Shown: positions 30,298 through 42,350 of the stretch, piece by piece
Position numbering within the stretch: the stretch's first letter is position 1
How the letters are laid out: each line of letters begins with the position of its first letter
Assembly (NCBI GenBank): GCA_963730355.1
Contig: CAVSRL010000007.1
Coordinates: 23,517 to 87,516 of the forward strand
Reading direction: 5' to 3'
From: an uncultured Methanoregulaceae archaeon
GTDB taxonomy: Archaea > Halobacteriota > Methanomicrobia > Methanomicrobiales > Methanospirillaceae
Length of the DNA stretch: 64,000 bases
Translations under genes and position numbers: made by a program
Notes under the pieces: model-generated
Databases searched by the model: none
What the model was told of the DNA's origin: nothing
Seen by the model: only the letters and a program-made list of their open reading frames with translations

Positions 30298-31163
30298 TCC
30301 GTCGGGCCGGACCGTCTCGAACATCCGGATCAGCCTGACGCAGGCCTGCAACCTCAACTGCATCTACTGCCACGCCGAGGGCGAGAAGAACCCCGAGCAG
30401 GAGCTCTCGGCCGAGCAGATCGCGGAGATCCTCCGCGTGGCCCAGTCCTTCGGGATCCGGTCGGTCAAGTTCACGGGGGGCGAGCCCCTGATGCGCCCCG
30501 ACCTCGCGCAGATCATCCGGTCCGTCCCGCCCGGGATGGAGATCTCGCTGACCACGAACGCGACCATGCTCGCGGACCGTGCACAGGAACTCAAGGACGC
30601 CGGGCTCAACCGGGTCAATGTCTCGCTCGACACGATGGACCCCGAGCGGTACGAGCGGATCGCGGGCAAGCCCATGCTCGGCGAGGCTCTGGCCGGGATC
30701 GACGCGGCCCTGAAGGCGGGCCTGACCCCGGTCAAGATCAACATGGTCGTGCTCTCGGGGATCAACGAGGACGAGGTCGACACGCTTCATCGACTTCGTG
30801 CGGGGCAACCCCAACCTGGTGCTGCAGCTGATCGAGCTGATGGACTTCCGCGACTGCGACCACCACGGCGACGTGAAGGGGATCGAGGACCGGATCGCGG
30901 CCATGGCGGACCGCGTCGAGACGCGGCGGATGCACCACCGGAAGAAGTACTTCGTTCGGGGGGCGGAGGTCGAGGTCGTCCGGCCGCTTCACAACACGGA
31001 GTTCTGCGCCTACTGCAACCGGCTCCGCCTCACCTCCGACGGGAAGCTCAAGCCCTGCCTGCTCCGCTCGGACAACCTGGTCGACGTCCGCGGGCTGCAC
31101 GGCGCCGCGCTCGAGGACGCGTTCCGCGAGGCCGTGAAGCGGCGGGCCCCGTACTTCGCCTGA
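30281..31163 (+). CDS. moaA: GTP 3',8-cyclase (molybdenum cofactor biosynthesis A)
   Basis: Radical-SAM CNLNCIYC and the C-terminal cluster CAYCNRLRLTSDGKLKPCL. One frame break near 30778. Overlaps the rlmE end by 17 nt. Confidence 0.85.
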
Positions 31164-31164
31164 G

Positions 31165-33014
31165 ATGTGCGGGATCGCGGGGGTCGTGGAGACCGGCGGC
31201 GGTGCCGCCGACGAGGCCCTCCTCGAGCGGATGAGTGCGCTCCTCGCGCACCGCGGGCCCGACGCCAGCGGGACGGTCGGTGGAGGGGGCCGTCGGGCTC
31301 GCCCACCGGCGGCTCGCGATCATCGACCTCTCGGACGAGGGCTGCCAGCCGATGACGAGCGCAGACGGCGCGCTCACGATCGTCTTCAACGGCGAGGTCT
31401 TCAACTACCTCGAACTCCGCGAGGAGCTCCGAGCCGCAGGGCACACGTTCCGCACCGGAGACCGACACCGAGGTGGTGCTGGCCGCGTACGCCGCGTGGG
31501 GGCGCGACTGCCTCGCCCGCTTCAACGGGATGTGGGCCTTCGCGATCCTCGACCGCCGGCGGGGCGAGGTCTTCCTCGCCCGGGACCGGCTCGGGGTCAA
31601 GCCGCTCTACTACGCCCGGGCAGGCGATCGTTTTCTCTTTGCCTCAGAGGTCAAGGCTTTGCTCGCCGACCCTGCCGTCGGAATGGTCCCGTGCGAGCCC
31701 GCGCTCGCCACGTTCCTCGCCTGGGGCGTCCTCGACCATTCGCCGCTCACGATGTTCGAGGGGGTGCTCCAGCTCCCGCCCGGCCACTGGATGGCGGTCG
31801 GGGAGGGCGGGGTCGAGGGACCGGTCCGCTGGTGGGACCTCGCGGTGAACCCCGCGGATCGCGTCGCCGCCCGCGCTCGAGGCCGACGCCCCGACGCGCC
31901 TGCTCGACGCTTCTGACCGATGCGGTCCGCCTCCGGCTCCGGGCCGACGTCCCGGTCGGGACCTGCCTCTCGGGCGGGATCGACTCCTCGACCATCGTCG
32001 CCCTGATCGCGCGCCTGCTCGCGACCGAGCATCCGGACTCGGTCGGCGAGCGGCAGCGGACCTTCTCGGCCGTCTACGCCGACCGCCGGTTCGACGAACG
32101 GGCGTTCATGGAGGTGGCCGCAGAGTCGGCCGGGGTGGCCGGCGCGTACGTCGAGCCCGACCCGGACCGGCTCCGCGACGACCTCCTCGACCTCGTCTGG
32201 GCCCAGGACGAGCCGTTCGGCTCGCTCTCGATCTACGCGCAGTACTGCGTGATGCGCCTCGCGGCCGAGTCGGTCACGGTCGTGCTCGACGGCCAGGGCG
32301 CGGACGAGCAGCTCGCGGGTACATCGCGTACCAGGGGACGTACCTTGTCCACGCTCGCCCGCCGCGGCCGGTTCGGCCGGCTCGTCGAGGAGGCGCTCGG
32401 GACGCTCCGGCACCACCGGGGCTTCTTCGCGGACGCGGCCCGGCAGCTCGTGGTCCGGCGGGGCCGGCGCGGGCTCCTCCGGGTCGACGCGCCGCCCGTT
32501 GCACCGCTACGCCGGCGACCTCGACCGCGTCCTCCGGCAGGAGACGGCCGTGACGAACCTGCCCGCGCTCCTCCACTACGAGGACCGGAACTCGATGCAC
32601 TTCTCGATCGAGGCCCGCGTGCCGTTCCTCGACTACCGCGTCGTCGAGTACCTCGCGTCCCTCCCCCTCGACCAGAAGCTCCGCCGCGGGGTCACGAAGC
32701 GGGTGCTCCGGCGCGCGATCAAGGGGCTCGTGCCCGAGGCGATCCGCTGCCGGATGGACAAGATGGGCTTCGTCACGCCCGAGGAGGTCTGGATGGGGCG
32801 CGAGCTCGGGCCGCTCGTGGAGGAGGTCTTCGCCTCGGACTCGTTCCGGTCGCGCCCGTACTGGGACGCCGAGGCGGTCGCGGCGGACTTCGCGCGGTAT
32901 CGGGCCGGCACGGCCGAGTACTCGCAGGAGGTCTTCCGGATCTTCGTGACCGAGACTCTGGCTCCGCCTCTTCTTCGACGATCGCGAGAAGACTCTCCGG
33001 AACGGTCCGCCTGA
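31165..33014 (+). pseudogene. asnB: Asparagine synthase (glutamine-hydrolysing), multiply frame-broken
   Basis: MCGIAG Ntn start and PP-loop SGGIDSS; conserved to the ...LWLRLFFD tail. About 8 frame changes (near 31278, 31462, 31866, 31912, 32322, 32350, 32495, 32955). The 3' end is uncertain (33014-33118). Confidence 0.8.
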
Positions 33015-33059
33015 GGGCAAAGAAAGGGGATCTGTGTCGACACAGCGGACGCCGATAGC

Positions 33060-34471
33060 TCTTCATCACTCATCGCGAGGATCGCGTAGCCCCCGTCCGC
33101 GGTCTGGATCACCCGTTTGACCTCGCGGATGGATCCGATCGAGAGCGGACGATCCCAGACGAGGGTCGCCCTCGGCATCGAACCGGAGGGCGTGAAAGCC
33201 AGTGTACGGGTTCGGACCGAGCGAGAGACTATCCGAATCGTAGCCGCTCGACTCCATTCGCAACGGGAACACCCACTGAGACGTACCCGCCGTCGCTCGT
33301 TCCGTTGAAGACACGGCTGGCATTCAGGGATCCGCTCCGCGATCACCTGTCCTGTCGGATCGAGGAGGGTCGAGGCGACACCGAGACGCGGGATACGGGA
33401 CTGCTCGGGCTCTCATGTACTGCGCACCACCTCGATCCCGTCGGGTCACGATCCCGCATCTCGAACGGCTCCCCTGATACTCGACCTGACCGAGTGGGAC
33501 TACTGGGTACCAGCAGCGCCGTCCCTGTCGGCTGCAGCAGCACTAGCTCTGGACCGGTACAATCCCTGCCGATGCTTCGGTAGGGGGACGGCCCTGCGAG
33601 CAGCAAGGCTGCCGTCCTCCTGGTCTTCGAGCGCGGACCATACGGCGACGATCCCCGTCATCGTACGTCCGCTGCCATACCAGCTCTCCGTCCGACGAAT
33701 ACTCTCACCGCCAGGGCTCTCTTCACCAGCCATACTGGGAGTGTATGACGGCATGGGAGTGGGCAGCGTGGTGACGCGACGGGCGCTGCCGACCGCTCCG
33801 GTGGACGAAAGAGTCGTCGTGATACCGGTATCGAGCAGGAGCGGGATTCTCCAGGGAAGCGTTCGAACCTCCGGGCGTGGCGGTGGTAGATCACTGGCTG
33901 CGGGACGAGTCTGCGCTCCTGTCACCGAGGAAGTCGTTCGTCGCCCAGACCTGGTAGACCGTGTATCCGCCGACGAGATATCCCCCGTCCCGGAGCCGTG
34001 TCAGCGAGGGCGCCTCCCACATCGCAGTCGAGCAGGTCCAGACCGCCGCTCCGGCCCGATCGAAACGTGTCACCTCGCCGCCCTGCATCAGGGTTGCAAA
34101 ACCGCCTTCAGGATCGGCGACCACCGCGCGGGGCCTATCGAACCGGTCCGTGCTCGTTCTGTCCGCGATCACCTTTCCGCTCGAGGACAGACGTATCACC
34201 CGGGGAGATTCGAACGTTCTCCGGCTCGTACCGTTCTGCCCGACGATGACGAGCTCCCCGTTCTCCAGCCTCGGCCATGTCTTCGCCGGCGTCGTCCTGC
34301 CCGCCGTCGATCGTGCGCGTCCATTCCTGCGATCCCGTCGCCATCCAGTTTGAGAACGACGATATCCCGTACCGGAGAATAATTGAAGCCCATGCATCCC
34401 GGCAGGAGCACGACAAACACTCCCAGTACGATGAGAAGAGCGACACCCGATATCCGAACTGCGGTTTCCAT
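33060..34471 (-). pseudogene. Secreted/lipobox repeat protein (DGGY-type beta-propeller-like repeats), multiply frame-broken
   Basis: The signal peptide ends in LLPGC. Repeated (K/R)xDxxGxxxW ... DGGY motifs (LKLDGDG, RFDRAGAAVW, LRDGGYLVGGYT, TSDGGYVSVG, QTADGGYAILA) are scattered over all three frames. At least 6 frame changes and one in-frame stop (33891). Ends approximate. Confidence 0.5.
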
Positions 34472-34549
34472 GCCCCTTCCTCCGGTTATTCTCCGGTGTG
34501 AACGCGGAACCGGGGAACTGTCGATCTGTTGATTGCTGGTGATACTATG

Positions 34550-36505
34550 TTAAATGCCCGAAATCGTTCGCCGCCGTGATGGATCTCTGTCTGGCGGTGC
34601 CGGACGACGGGGAAGGAAAAGAGAAAAAAACGGAAGAGATGACGGGTTGGTTCCGGTGTCGACGGCGGACGTCACCGCCCCCCGGCGCCGCCGCCGCCGA
34701 AGCCCACCGCCCCCACCGAAGCCTCCGCCGCCGAACCCGCCGCCGCCGAAGCCCCCGCCACCGCTCTGGACGGGCGGCGCGAAGAGGAGCAGGGGCACGA
34801 ACGCCCGGTTCAGGTTCATCGGCATCGCAATCTCCTCGGGGAGCCGGATGTTCAGCTCGCGCATGGCCCGGGCGACCTTGTCGCCGACGCCGAGGGCCGT
34901 GCCGTAGACCAGCCACTCGCCCCACATCGAGAGGTCGGCCGGCGAGTACTTCCGGAGCATGGCGAGGTCCGAGAGGAAGTTCGCGAACGCCTCCCACTCG
35001 AGCCGCTCGCGGTAGCCGTCGCCCTTCCAGTGGCCGAAGAGCGTGGACGGGAACGTGATCGCGATACCGGCCTGGGCGGTGCCGACCAGGAAGAGCGCGA
35101 TCGGGCCCATGAAGCGGCCGCTGAGGTTCGGATAGATGAAGATGAACAGGAGCGAGACGATCGCGAGGGCGGCCCCGATCAGGATCAGGGGGGCGATGTG
35201 CTCGCGGCCCGAGACGATGTACGCGGTCGTCACGGACGGGTCCGAGTGCGAGGCGATCGCGCGGTAGGTCCCGAGGTTGCGGATCATCTCGGACTGGAGG
35301 GCCGTATTGCTTTTCGCCTCCTCGTTCCGGAGCGCGAGCGCGGCCGTGTCGACCACGTTGTCGGTCGAGATCGCGTCGAGGAAGTCGAGCACCCGCTGCT
35401 CGTACGGGTCGTTCGAGGAGGCGCCGTGCAGCCGGATCCGGACGTCTTCGCCGCCCGCCACCTCCTCGACGCGGATCAGGCCGCGCCGGTGCAGGTCGAG
35501 CACGGTCGCGTAGAACCCGTCGGCGTCCGAGGTCCCCGCGTCCCCCTTGAAGAGGAGGTTCACGGTCCAGGGGGGCTTGGTCGGGTCCGGGACCGTGCTC
35601 AGGTACTCGGGCACGGTGAAGGCCTTCTCCCGGCCGTACCGCCGGTAGAGGAGGAGGAGGGCGACGGGCACGAGGAGCACGAACGCGATCCCGGCCCAGT
35701 AGAGGATCGTGGAGAGCGTATAGGGAACGCTCTCCCAGAAGTAGGCCGACCGTGCCTGTCCCTCGACATCGGCGACCGGGCTGGGGAAGCCCGCGACGGT
35801 ATCGAGGGCCGAGCGGTTCAGCAGGAGCTCGATCGCGACGTTCTCGCTCTCGCCGGCGGAGCCCGTGATCACGATCAGGTCGCCCTCGCGCGTCTGCCGC
35901 AGCGTGGGCGGATACGCGAAGACCTCGCTCACGTCGTCGGCCGGGAGCGTGATGCGGATAAACGAGTACGGCACGTGCTGCCCCTCTCGCGCGAGCTTCA
36001 GGTTCACGTGGACGAACGACGCGTCGTACTCGACCGGCGGGCGGACCACGAACCCGTACCGTCCCTCGTACGTGCCGCTCGAGAAGTAGCCGGGGTCGAC
36101 GAGCCCGACCTCGTTCCGCTCGGCCTGCGCCGCGACGAACGACGCCGTCCCGGGGTCGGTCGCCGGCCCGTAGAGCCGGACCGTGCCCGAGGCGTCGCGG
36201 GCGTACCCGGTCACGCCGTCAGGCGGCTCGATGCCGACAACCTCGATGTGGGGAGAGCCGGTCGCGTTGAAGACGAGCGGGACGTCGAAGGTCCGGAAGA
36301 GCATCCGGTAGGTGCCGGGCGCTTCGACGTTGTAGACGTACCGCTCCGCGAGGCTCCCGTTCAGCGCGTAGTCGGCCTCGTAGGTGTCGACCGAGAGGCC
36401 GCCCGCGAAGGTGAGGGTCGGCAGCCAGAGCGCGAGGGCTGCGGCCACGAGCCCGAGGGCGAGCGTGACCGCGACCAGGATCGCGAGCGAGCGTTCTTCG
36501 CCCAT
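34550..36505 (-). CDS. DUF2207-family membrane protein
   Basis: Intact 651 aa. N-terminal TM, large extracytoplasmic domain, three TM helices and a Gly-rich tail GGGGFGGGGFGGGGFGGGGG. Adjacent to lemA, a commonly seen pairing. Confidence 0.8.
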   Translation of the reverse strand: MGEERSLAILVAVTLALGLVAAALALWLPTLTFAGGLSVDTYEADYALNGSLAERYVYNVEAPGTYRMLFRTFDVPLVFNATGSPHIEVVGIEPPDGVTGYARDASGTVRLYGPATDPGTASFVAAQAERNEVGLVDPGYFSSGTYEGRYGFVVRPPVEYDASFVHVNLKLAREGQHVPYSFIRITLPADDVSEVFAYPPTLRQTREGDLIVITGSAGESENVAIELLLNRSALDTVAGFPSPVADVEGQARSAYFWESVPYTLSTILYWAGIAFVLLVPVALLLLYRRYGREKAFTVPEYLSTVPDPTKPPWTVNLLFKGDAGTSDADGFYATVLDLHRRGLIRVEEVAGGEDVRIRLHGASSNDPYEQRVLDFLDAISTDNVVDTAALALRNEEAKSNTALQSEMIRNLGTYRAIASHSDPSVTTAYIVSGREHIAPLILIGAALAIVSLLFIFIYPNLSGRFMGPIALFLVGTAQAGIAITFPSTLFGHWKGDGYRERLEWEAFANFLSDLAMLRKYSPADLSMWGEWLVYGTALGVGDKVARAMRELNIRLPEEIAMPMNLNRAFVPLLLFAPPVQSGGGGFGGGGFGGGGFGGGGGLRRRRRRGAVTSAVDTGTNPSSLPFFSLFLPRRPAPPDRDPSRRRTISGI

Positions 36506-36511
36506 GGCCGA

Positions 36512-37077
36512 TCAGAACTCGATCGTCGGCGGCCGCTCGATCGCTTCCTCGAACTGGAGGTACTCGAGCTTCTGCATCGCGATCAGGCGCGCCACGATGT
36601 TCGACGGGACGACGTCGACCATCGTGTTGAGCTGCTGGGCCACGTTGTTGTAGGTGTAGCGCTGGCGCGCGATCTCGTCCTCGACGCCCCGGACGGCCCC
36701 GGTCAGTTCCTGCACCACGGTCGAGGTCTTCAGGTCCGGGTAGGCCTCTGCCACGGCGAAGAGCGAGCCGAGGATCGACCGGCTCTCGCGTTCGACCGTA
36801 TCGAGCTGTGCCGGCCCGCCCTCGCCACGGAGGCGCGGAGCTCCGTCACCCTCGCGAGGGTCTCCTTCTCGAACGTCGCGTAGCTCCGGACCGCGCCGAG
36901 CAGCTGCTCGATCATGTCGAGCCGCTTCTTCATCGCGACCCGGATCTGTCCGAGGGTCGCCTCCGCCGAGTTCTTCAGGTTGAAGAACCGGTTGTAGATC
37001 CCGAAGAACCAGACGACGAGCCCGAGCAGGACGAGCACGACGACGGCGATGAGAACGATCGTGATCAGGTCAACCAC
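36512..37077 (-). CDS. lemA: LemA family protein
   Basis: N-terminal TM plus the LemA core ([29 protein letters not shown]...AYPDLK...RYTYNN). One frame break near 36820. Confidence 0.85.
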
Positions 37078-37151
37078 AGTGTCACCGTGGTACAGATGGG
37101 GACGTACCTATTTATGCGTTCGCCGCGGCAGTGGACGAAGAGAAGGGAGAG

Positions 37152-37599
37152 TCAGGCGCCCGTGACCACGGGATAGCCGGCGTCCTTCCACTTGGCGATC
37201 CCGCCCCGCATATTGTAGACCTTCGTAAAGCCGAGCTCGCTCATGATCTGCGCGGCGCGGGCCGACCGGGTGCCGCTCTGGCAGTAGACGAGGTAGGTCT
37301 TCTCCATGGTCCAGGCGGGCGACACGGTCGCTGAAGACGCCGGCGCTGACATCGAGATTCACGGCGTCGCGGAGGCGCTCGCGCTCGAACTCGGAAGGGG
37401 TCCGGACGTCCAGGATCGTGACCTCGCCGGGCTGCCCCTGGAACTGGTCGACCATCTGTTTGAACTCCTCGACCGAGAGGTCGGTGTGGCCCGATGTCGC
37501 GTTCGCCGCCGAGGTCTGGGTGCCGGTGCAGCCGGCGCTGACGGCGAGCGCGAGGACGAGCACGACGGGCGCGAACAACCGGAGGGTGCGGATCAACAT
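37152..37599 (-). CDS. Rhodanese-domain sulfurtransferase, lipobox signal peptide
   Basis: Signal peptide ...LAVSAGC and active-site loop YCQSGTRS. One frame break near 37320. Confidence 0.8.
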
Positions 37600-37665
37600 C
37601 CGATCAAGATCTCGGCCCGAATGGTTATACCCCTTTTGTTGGGGGAAGAGGGAGAGAAAGGGGGG

Positions 37666-40328
37666 TCAGAGGGAGCTGCCCGACTGGACGGCGGACTCGG
37701 GGACCTCGACCGTCCCGCCCGTGGAGAGCAGGCGGTACGGCCCCGTCGTGTGGACGTCGCCGGTGCTGCCGCCCGTCGCGTACGGGAGCACGAACTCGCC
37801 GTTCACGGCGGTGGCGCGCCACGTGAAGTTCCGGCCCGTGTTCGTGACGACCGGGACCTCGATCGTCCCCTCGCCGCGGAGACGGGCGCCCTTCACGTAC
37901 TCGAAGACCTTCACGTACTTCACCGCGAGGCCGCCCGCGTTCGTGGGCGACTCGTGGACGAGCCGGTAATGGCCGAGCGCGGGCACGGTCTCGACCGGCT
38001 GGTTCGGCTGGACCCCTGCGGCGATCGCGTGGGTGCCGGTTGCAGCCTGTGCGTTGTACGCGGCCGCCCGCGCGACCGCTGCGGTCGCGTTCATGGACTC
38101 GGCCCGGGTGATCAGCGGGAGCGCCGTCTTCGCCTTCGCCGGGTCCTGGTACTCGATGTAGTACGCGGTCCCGGGCGCCGTCTCCGCGCCGTCGAAGGTA
38201 TGGAGCCGGGCGACCGTGGTCAGGTAGTAGGTCTGGAGGTTGACCGTGACCGGGTCGAGGACGTTCGTGTTCTGCTGGTTCCGGGCGTACAGGGTCATCT
38301 GGTACGGCGCGGTCTGGGCCGTGGTGTTGTACCAGGTCGCCATCGCCCAGAACTTCGAGACGGCCATCTCGATATCCGTGACCACGTACCTGCGTCTCCT
38401 TCACGTCGAGGATCCGGTTGGACTCGGTCTCGTTCGTCGAGACGAAGTACGCGGCCGCACCGTCCGGGCCGGCGACGCCCTGCTGGAACGGGTTCGCGTT
38501 CGGGATCCGTTCGGCGATGTAGGTGATCATGTGGCCGTAGTCCCACCAGGACATCACGCCGTAGGCCTCGGACGGGTAGGTGAAGCCCTGCTTGGCGTAG
38601 ATCTTCTTCATGTCCATGCCCGTCGCAGGGGTGCCGTTCTGCATCCACTCGAGCGACTCCTTCCAGTCCGGGTTCATCCGGTTGACCTGCTGGCTCGCGG
38701 TCGCGTACGAGGTCGTGAAGTCGGCCTGGCCGTCTCCGTCGAGGTCGACCGGCAGGGTCGAGAAGTAGGCGAAGAGGAGCGTGACCAGGATCGTGCCGAT
38801 CACGAGCGCGGCCCCGGCCACGCTGTAGGACCGGTGGGCAGCGTGGGCGCGCTGCTTGCCGGTCGGGGTCTTCGCGGACGGCGCCTTCTTGCCGCCTTTC
38901 TTGGCCTTTTGCTCGGGCTCGGGGGCCGGAGCGGGCGCAGGCTTGGCCGCCTTCGAGCCGAGGCCGAGCATGCCCGCGAGGTCGGCGCCGCCGAGCTCGA
39001 ACGCGAAGGAGACGACGATCCCGGCGAGCAGGGCGATGTTGACGGCGAGATAGTACTCGGTACCGGACGTGCTGGACCGTGGAGAGGAGGATGATCGCGG
39101 ACCAGACGAAGACGAAGAGGTGGTCGGCCCGGTGCTCGCGCCAGAACCTGAACGCGAGCACGCCGAAGCCCGCGAACATCAGCACGAGCCCGAGCTGGAA
39201 CGTGGACCAGGCCGCCTCCAGCGACCAGCCGCGCGCCTCCTGGACCGTGTTCGTCACGTCGTACTGGCCGAAGAACGCGCCGAAGCCGCCGATGAGGATG
39301 TTGTAGACGTCGGGCAGGGCGACGAAGAGGATCAGCGCGATCACGACCCCGACCCCGGCAAGCGCGGCCGGGAAGTAGTACCAGGGGCGGCCCCGGAGAT
39401 ACCGGGCGAGCCCCCAGAGGATCGCCGTCCCGGCGATGATGCCGAGATACGCGATCACGTGGCCGACCGAATAGGCCGAGAGGTCGATGCCCGCGTTCTT
39501 GATGCCGAAGATCAGGTAGAGGACGAGCGTCACCGCGAACACGACGACATTGATCACCAGCAGCCCGTCGCTCGAGCGTCCGCGATAGGCGTCGTAGAGG
39601 AACTGGGCGAGCGTGTAGATCGCGACGATCATCGCGAAGAGGATCATCGTCGGCATCGCCACGAGCCCGACGAAGTACGCGACGCCCGCTGCGGCCCCGA
39701 GCAGGACAGGCCATTTCAGCCTCTCCCAGTTCAGGCTCTCCCTGCCGGCCAGCGAGACCTCGTGATCGAGCGTGTATCGGATCGCAACGATGTAGACCAG
39801 GCAGAAGACGGTCGAGGTGAGGGTCTCGGTCATGTGGTGGTCGAAGTACCCGAAGAGGGAGCGGAAGAAGTACTGGCCCGCGATGATCGCGATCAGGCCG
39901 GCCGCGACGAGCCCGCCCTTCCAGTCCGAGAGCCGCCGGCCGAGCAGGAACATCACCGGCACCATCACGGCGGCCATCAGCGGCGGGACCGTGAGGGACG
40001 TGAAGATGATCTCCGGGCGCGTGGCCGCCCCCGTCAGGAGGCAGAGGGTCGAGGCGATGAAGGTGGTCAGCGGCCCCCAGTAGAGGTCGGTGCCGTACGG
40101 GAAGAGGGTCATCGGCTCCCACCAGGCGTAGGTCGGGAAGTTGGCGAGCATCAGCTCGACCTGGCGGAGGTTGTAGAGCGGGTCGTCGGAGCCGACGAAC
40201 GAGAGGATATCCTGGTTCCCGATCTGCATGGCCGGGATCATCCGGATCCAGAACGCGAGGACTGCGAAGAGCGCGATCAGCGCGATGATGAGATACGTGC
40301 GGTACTTCGAAAGATCGGGCGGTGTCAT
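37666..40328 (-). CDS. aglB: Archaeal oligosaccharyltransferase (STT3/AglB)
   Basis: 13-TM N-terminal domain, TVQE (TIxE-type) loop motif and WWDYGH. ATG 40328 is preceded by GGAGGGA. Frame breaks near 39062 and 38393. Confidence 0.9.
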
Positions 40329-40363
40329 CCCTCCCTCCGCTGTACAGGTGCTCCGCAGGACCG

Positions 40364-40375
40364 TTAATATATTTG
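40364..40375 (-). promoter_or_regulatory. TATA box for aglB
   Basis: Minus-strand ccaaatatattaa, about 40 nt upstream of ATG 40328. Confidence 0.45.
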
Positions 40376-40504
40376 GATAGGTCTCGGATGGAGAGCGAAG
40401 CGTCGGGCAGCGCGGCGCTGATGGCATCCGTGGGCGAATCGGAAGAGGACCGACCAGGAACCGAGATCCGGCGGGGAGCGCCATCACGCCGCAGATCGGC
40501 GGTT

Positions 40505-41060
40505 TCACGCGCTGTTGTACACAGGAGAGGTGGCGGTCTCGAGCACGTTGTAGAGCAGGAAACGCCGGCAGCACACATTGTCCCGACACCCGCGAGGAAC
40601 GGCCCGAGGGGTCCGACGAGCGGGACGAAGCGGACATCGAAGATCGTGAGCCCGCCGCAGATCTCGAAGAAGGTGCAGGTGCAGTCGATGCACCTCCTGT
40701 CGAACGATATCGGGGAATCGGCGCAGGATGACGTTCAGGCCGAGGGTAGTTTCCGATCCAGCAGACGGCCGTGTCCTGGAGATCGCGACGGCGATGAAGA
40801 CGGCGAGAAGCCGGGACGGATCAGGTGCCCGGTGGCCGCCACCAGGCCGGAGACGAAGAGAAGGCGCGTCGCTGAGGAGAAGCGGCGTCACAACGAGGCC
40901 GGTTTTGAAGAGGATCGCGCTCGTGGCATACTGCCCGATCACGAGCAACAGGTTCTGGTCGAGGTGGAGGAAGAGGTCGAGCGGTCCGCGGAGTATGGAG
41001 GTCGAGTAAACGGGTGATGATGAAGGCCGGCCGGTCCTCCGTCGCCGGCCGAACCACCAC
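40505..41060 (-). pseudogene. Fragmented membrane protein gene with a Cys-rich segment, family not recognised
   Basis: Hydrophobic stretches (LLLVIGQYATSAILFKTGLVVTPLLL, LLFVSGLVAATGHL, LLAVFIAVAI, CIDCTCTFFEICGGLTIFDVRFVPLVGPLGPFLAGVG) are spread over three minus-strand frames. Stop at 40505. Confidence 0.3.
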
Positions 41061-41079
41061 CCGGTCGTTTAAGGAGGTT

Positions 41080-41238
41080 TTAAAGGAGTGTATCCAGCGC
41101 GAGCACGATCGCACCGATCAGGGCCGCCACAACGATCACGTAGTAGGGGTTGATGTGGACGGCGCGCCGGTCCTCGCTCTCGTAGTAGTTGACGAGCCCA
41201 GCCGACGAGATCAGCCGCCCGCCCCGCTTCTTCGCCAT
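41080..41238 (-). CDS. Preprotein translocase Sec61-beta (archaeal SecG)
   Basis: Hand-translated 52 aa: MAKKRGGRLISSAGLVNYYESEDRRAVHINPYYVIVVAALIGAIVLALDTLL. It has the conserved SSAGL(x)YY box plus a C-terminal TM anchor. Below the track cutoff. Confidence 0.7.
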   Translation of the reverse strand: MAKKRGGRLISSAGLVNYYESEDRRAVHINPYYVIVVAALIGAIVLALDTLL

Positions 41239-41279
41239 ATCAACCTATATCTGGGTCTGGTCATTTAAATAATCACGGG

Positions 41280-42315
41280 ATGACGCAGAGAGTCTACTCG
41301 GGCCTCGCCTTCACGGGCCCCTCGCTCGAGTGCCGGCCGGCCGACATCGTGGTCGAGCGCAACCGGATCGTCGCGGTCGAGGAGCGGACGCATGCGCCCG
41401 CGCGCTGGATCTGCCCCTCGTTCTTCAACGCCCACACGCACCTCGGCGACACCATCGCGATGGACGCGCCGTCCGACGGCGACCTCGCGTCGCTCGTGGC
41501 GCCGCCCGGCGGGCTCAAGCACCGACTCCTCGGTGCGGCCTCGAGCGCGGACTGCGTCGCGGGCATGCGGGAGAGCGTTCGCCGGATGGTCGGGGGCGGG
41601 ACGGGCGGATTCGCCGACTTCCGCGAGGGCGGCGCGCGCGGCGTCGGGCTCCTGCAGGAGGCCGTCGCGGGCCTCCCCTGCCGGGCCGTGGCCCTCGGGA
41701 AGAGACGGGGGGGAGGAGATCGCCGGTGGCGCCGGCATCGCGAGCACGCGCGATGTCCCGGAGTACAGGGACGTGGTCGACCGCGTCCGGCGCGCCGGCG
41801 GGCTGGTCGCGTTCCACGCGGGCGAGCGCGACGCCGGCGACGTGGACGACGCTCTCGACTGCGAGCCCGACTTCGTGGTGCACATGACGCATGCGACCGA
41901 AGCGCAGCTCCGGCGGTGCGCCGACGAGGCGATCCCGATCGCGGTCTGTCCGCGCTCGAACTGGCGCCTCGGGATGGCCGTGGACAGCGCGCACCCGCCG
42001 ATCGCGCGGATGCTCGAGCTCGGCTGCCGGGTGCTGCTGGGCACGGACAACGCGATGTTCGTCCCCCCCGACATGGCGGGCGAACTCGCGTTCACGTCGG
42101 TCGTCTACGGCCTCGAACCGGCAGCCCTGCTCCGTGCCGGGATCGACGGCGCCGCCGTCACCGGAAGCCCGACGTGGCTCGAACCGGGCGCAATCGCCTC
42201 CTTCTTCGTCGTGGACCCGCTCCGCGCAGGACTCTCGTTCAGCCGCGATCCCGTCGCGTCTCTGGTCCGGCGGCTCGACACGGGGTCAATCAAAACAAAT
42301 GTTTTTAACCAGTAG
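41280..42315 (+). CDS. Amidohydrolase-superfamily metal-dependent hydrolase (chlorohydrolase/deaminase-like)
   Basis: FFNAHTHLGD (HxH), FHAGE, HMTHA, LGTDN. One frame break in the G7 run at 41707-41713. Confidence 0.75.
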
Positions 42316-42350
42316 GACGAATCTATAAAGACTATTTTCTGAGGGTGTGT

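Noticed and set aside
35030-36883. 617-aa plus-strand ORF opposite DUF2207/lemA.
   Set aside because: Same antisense artefact: Arg/Asp/Gly/Glu repeats and no domain signature.
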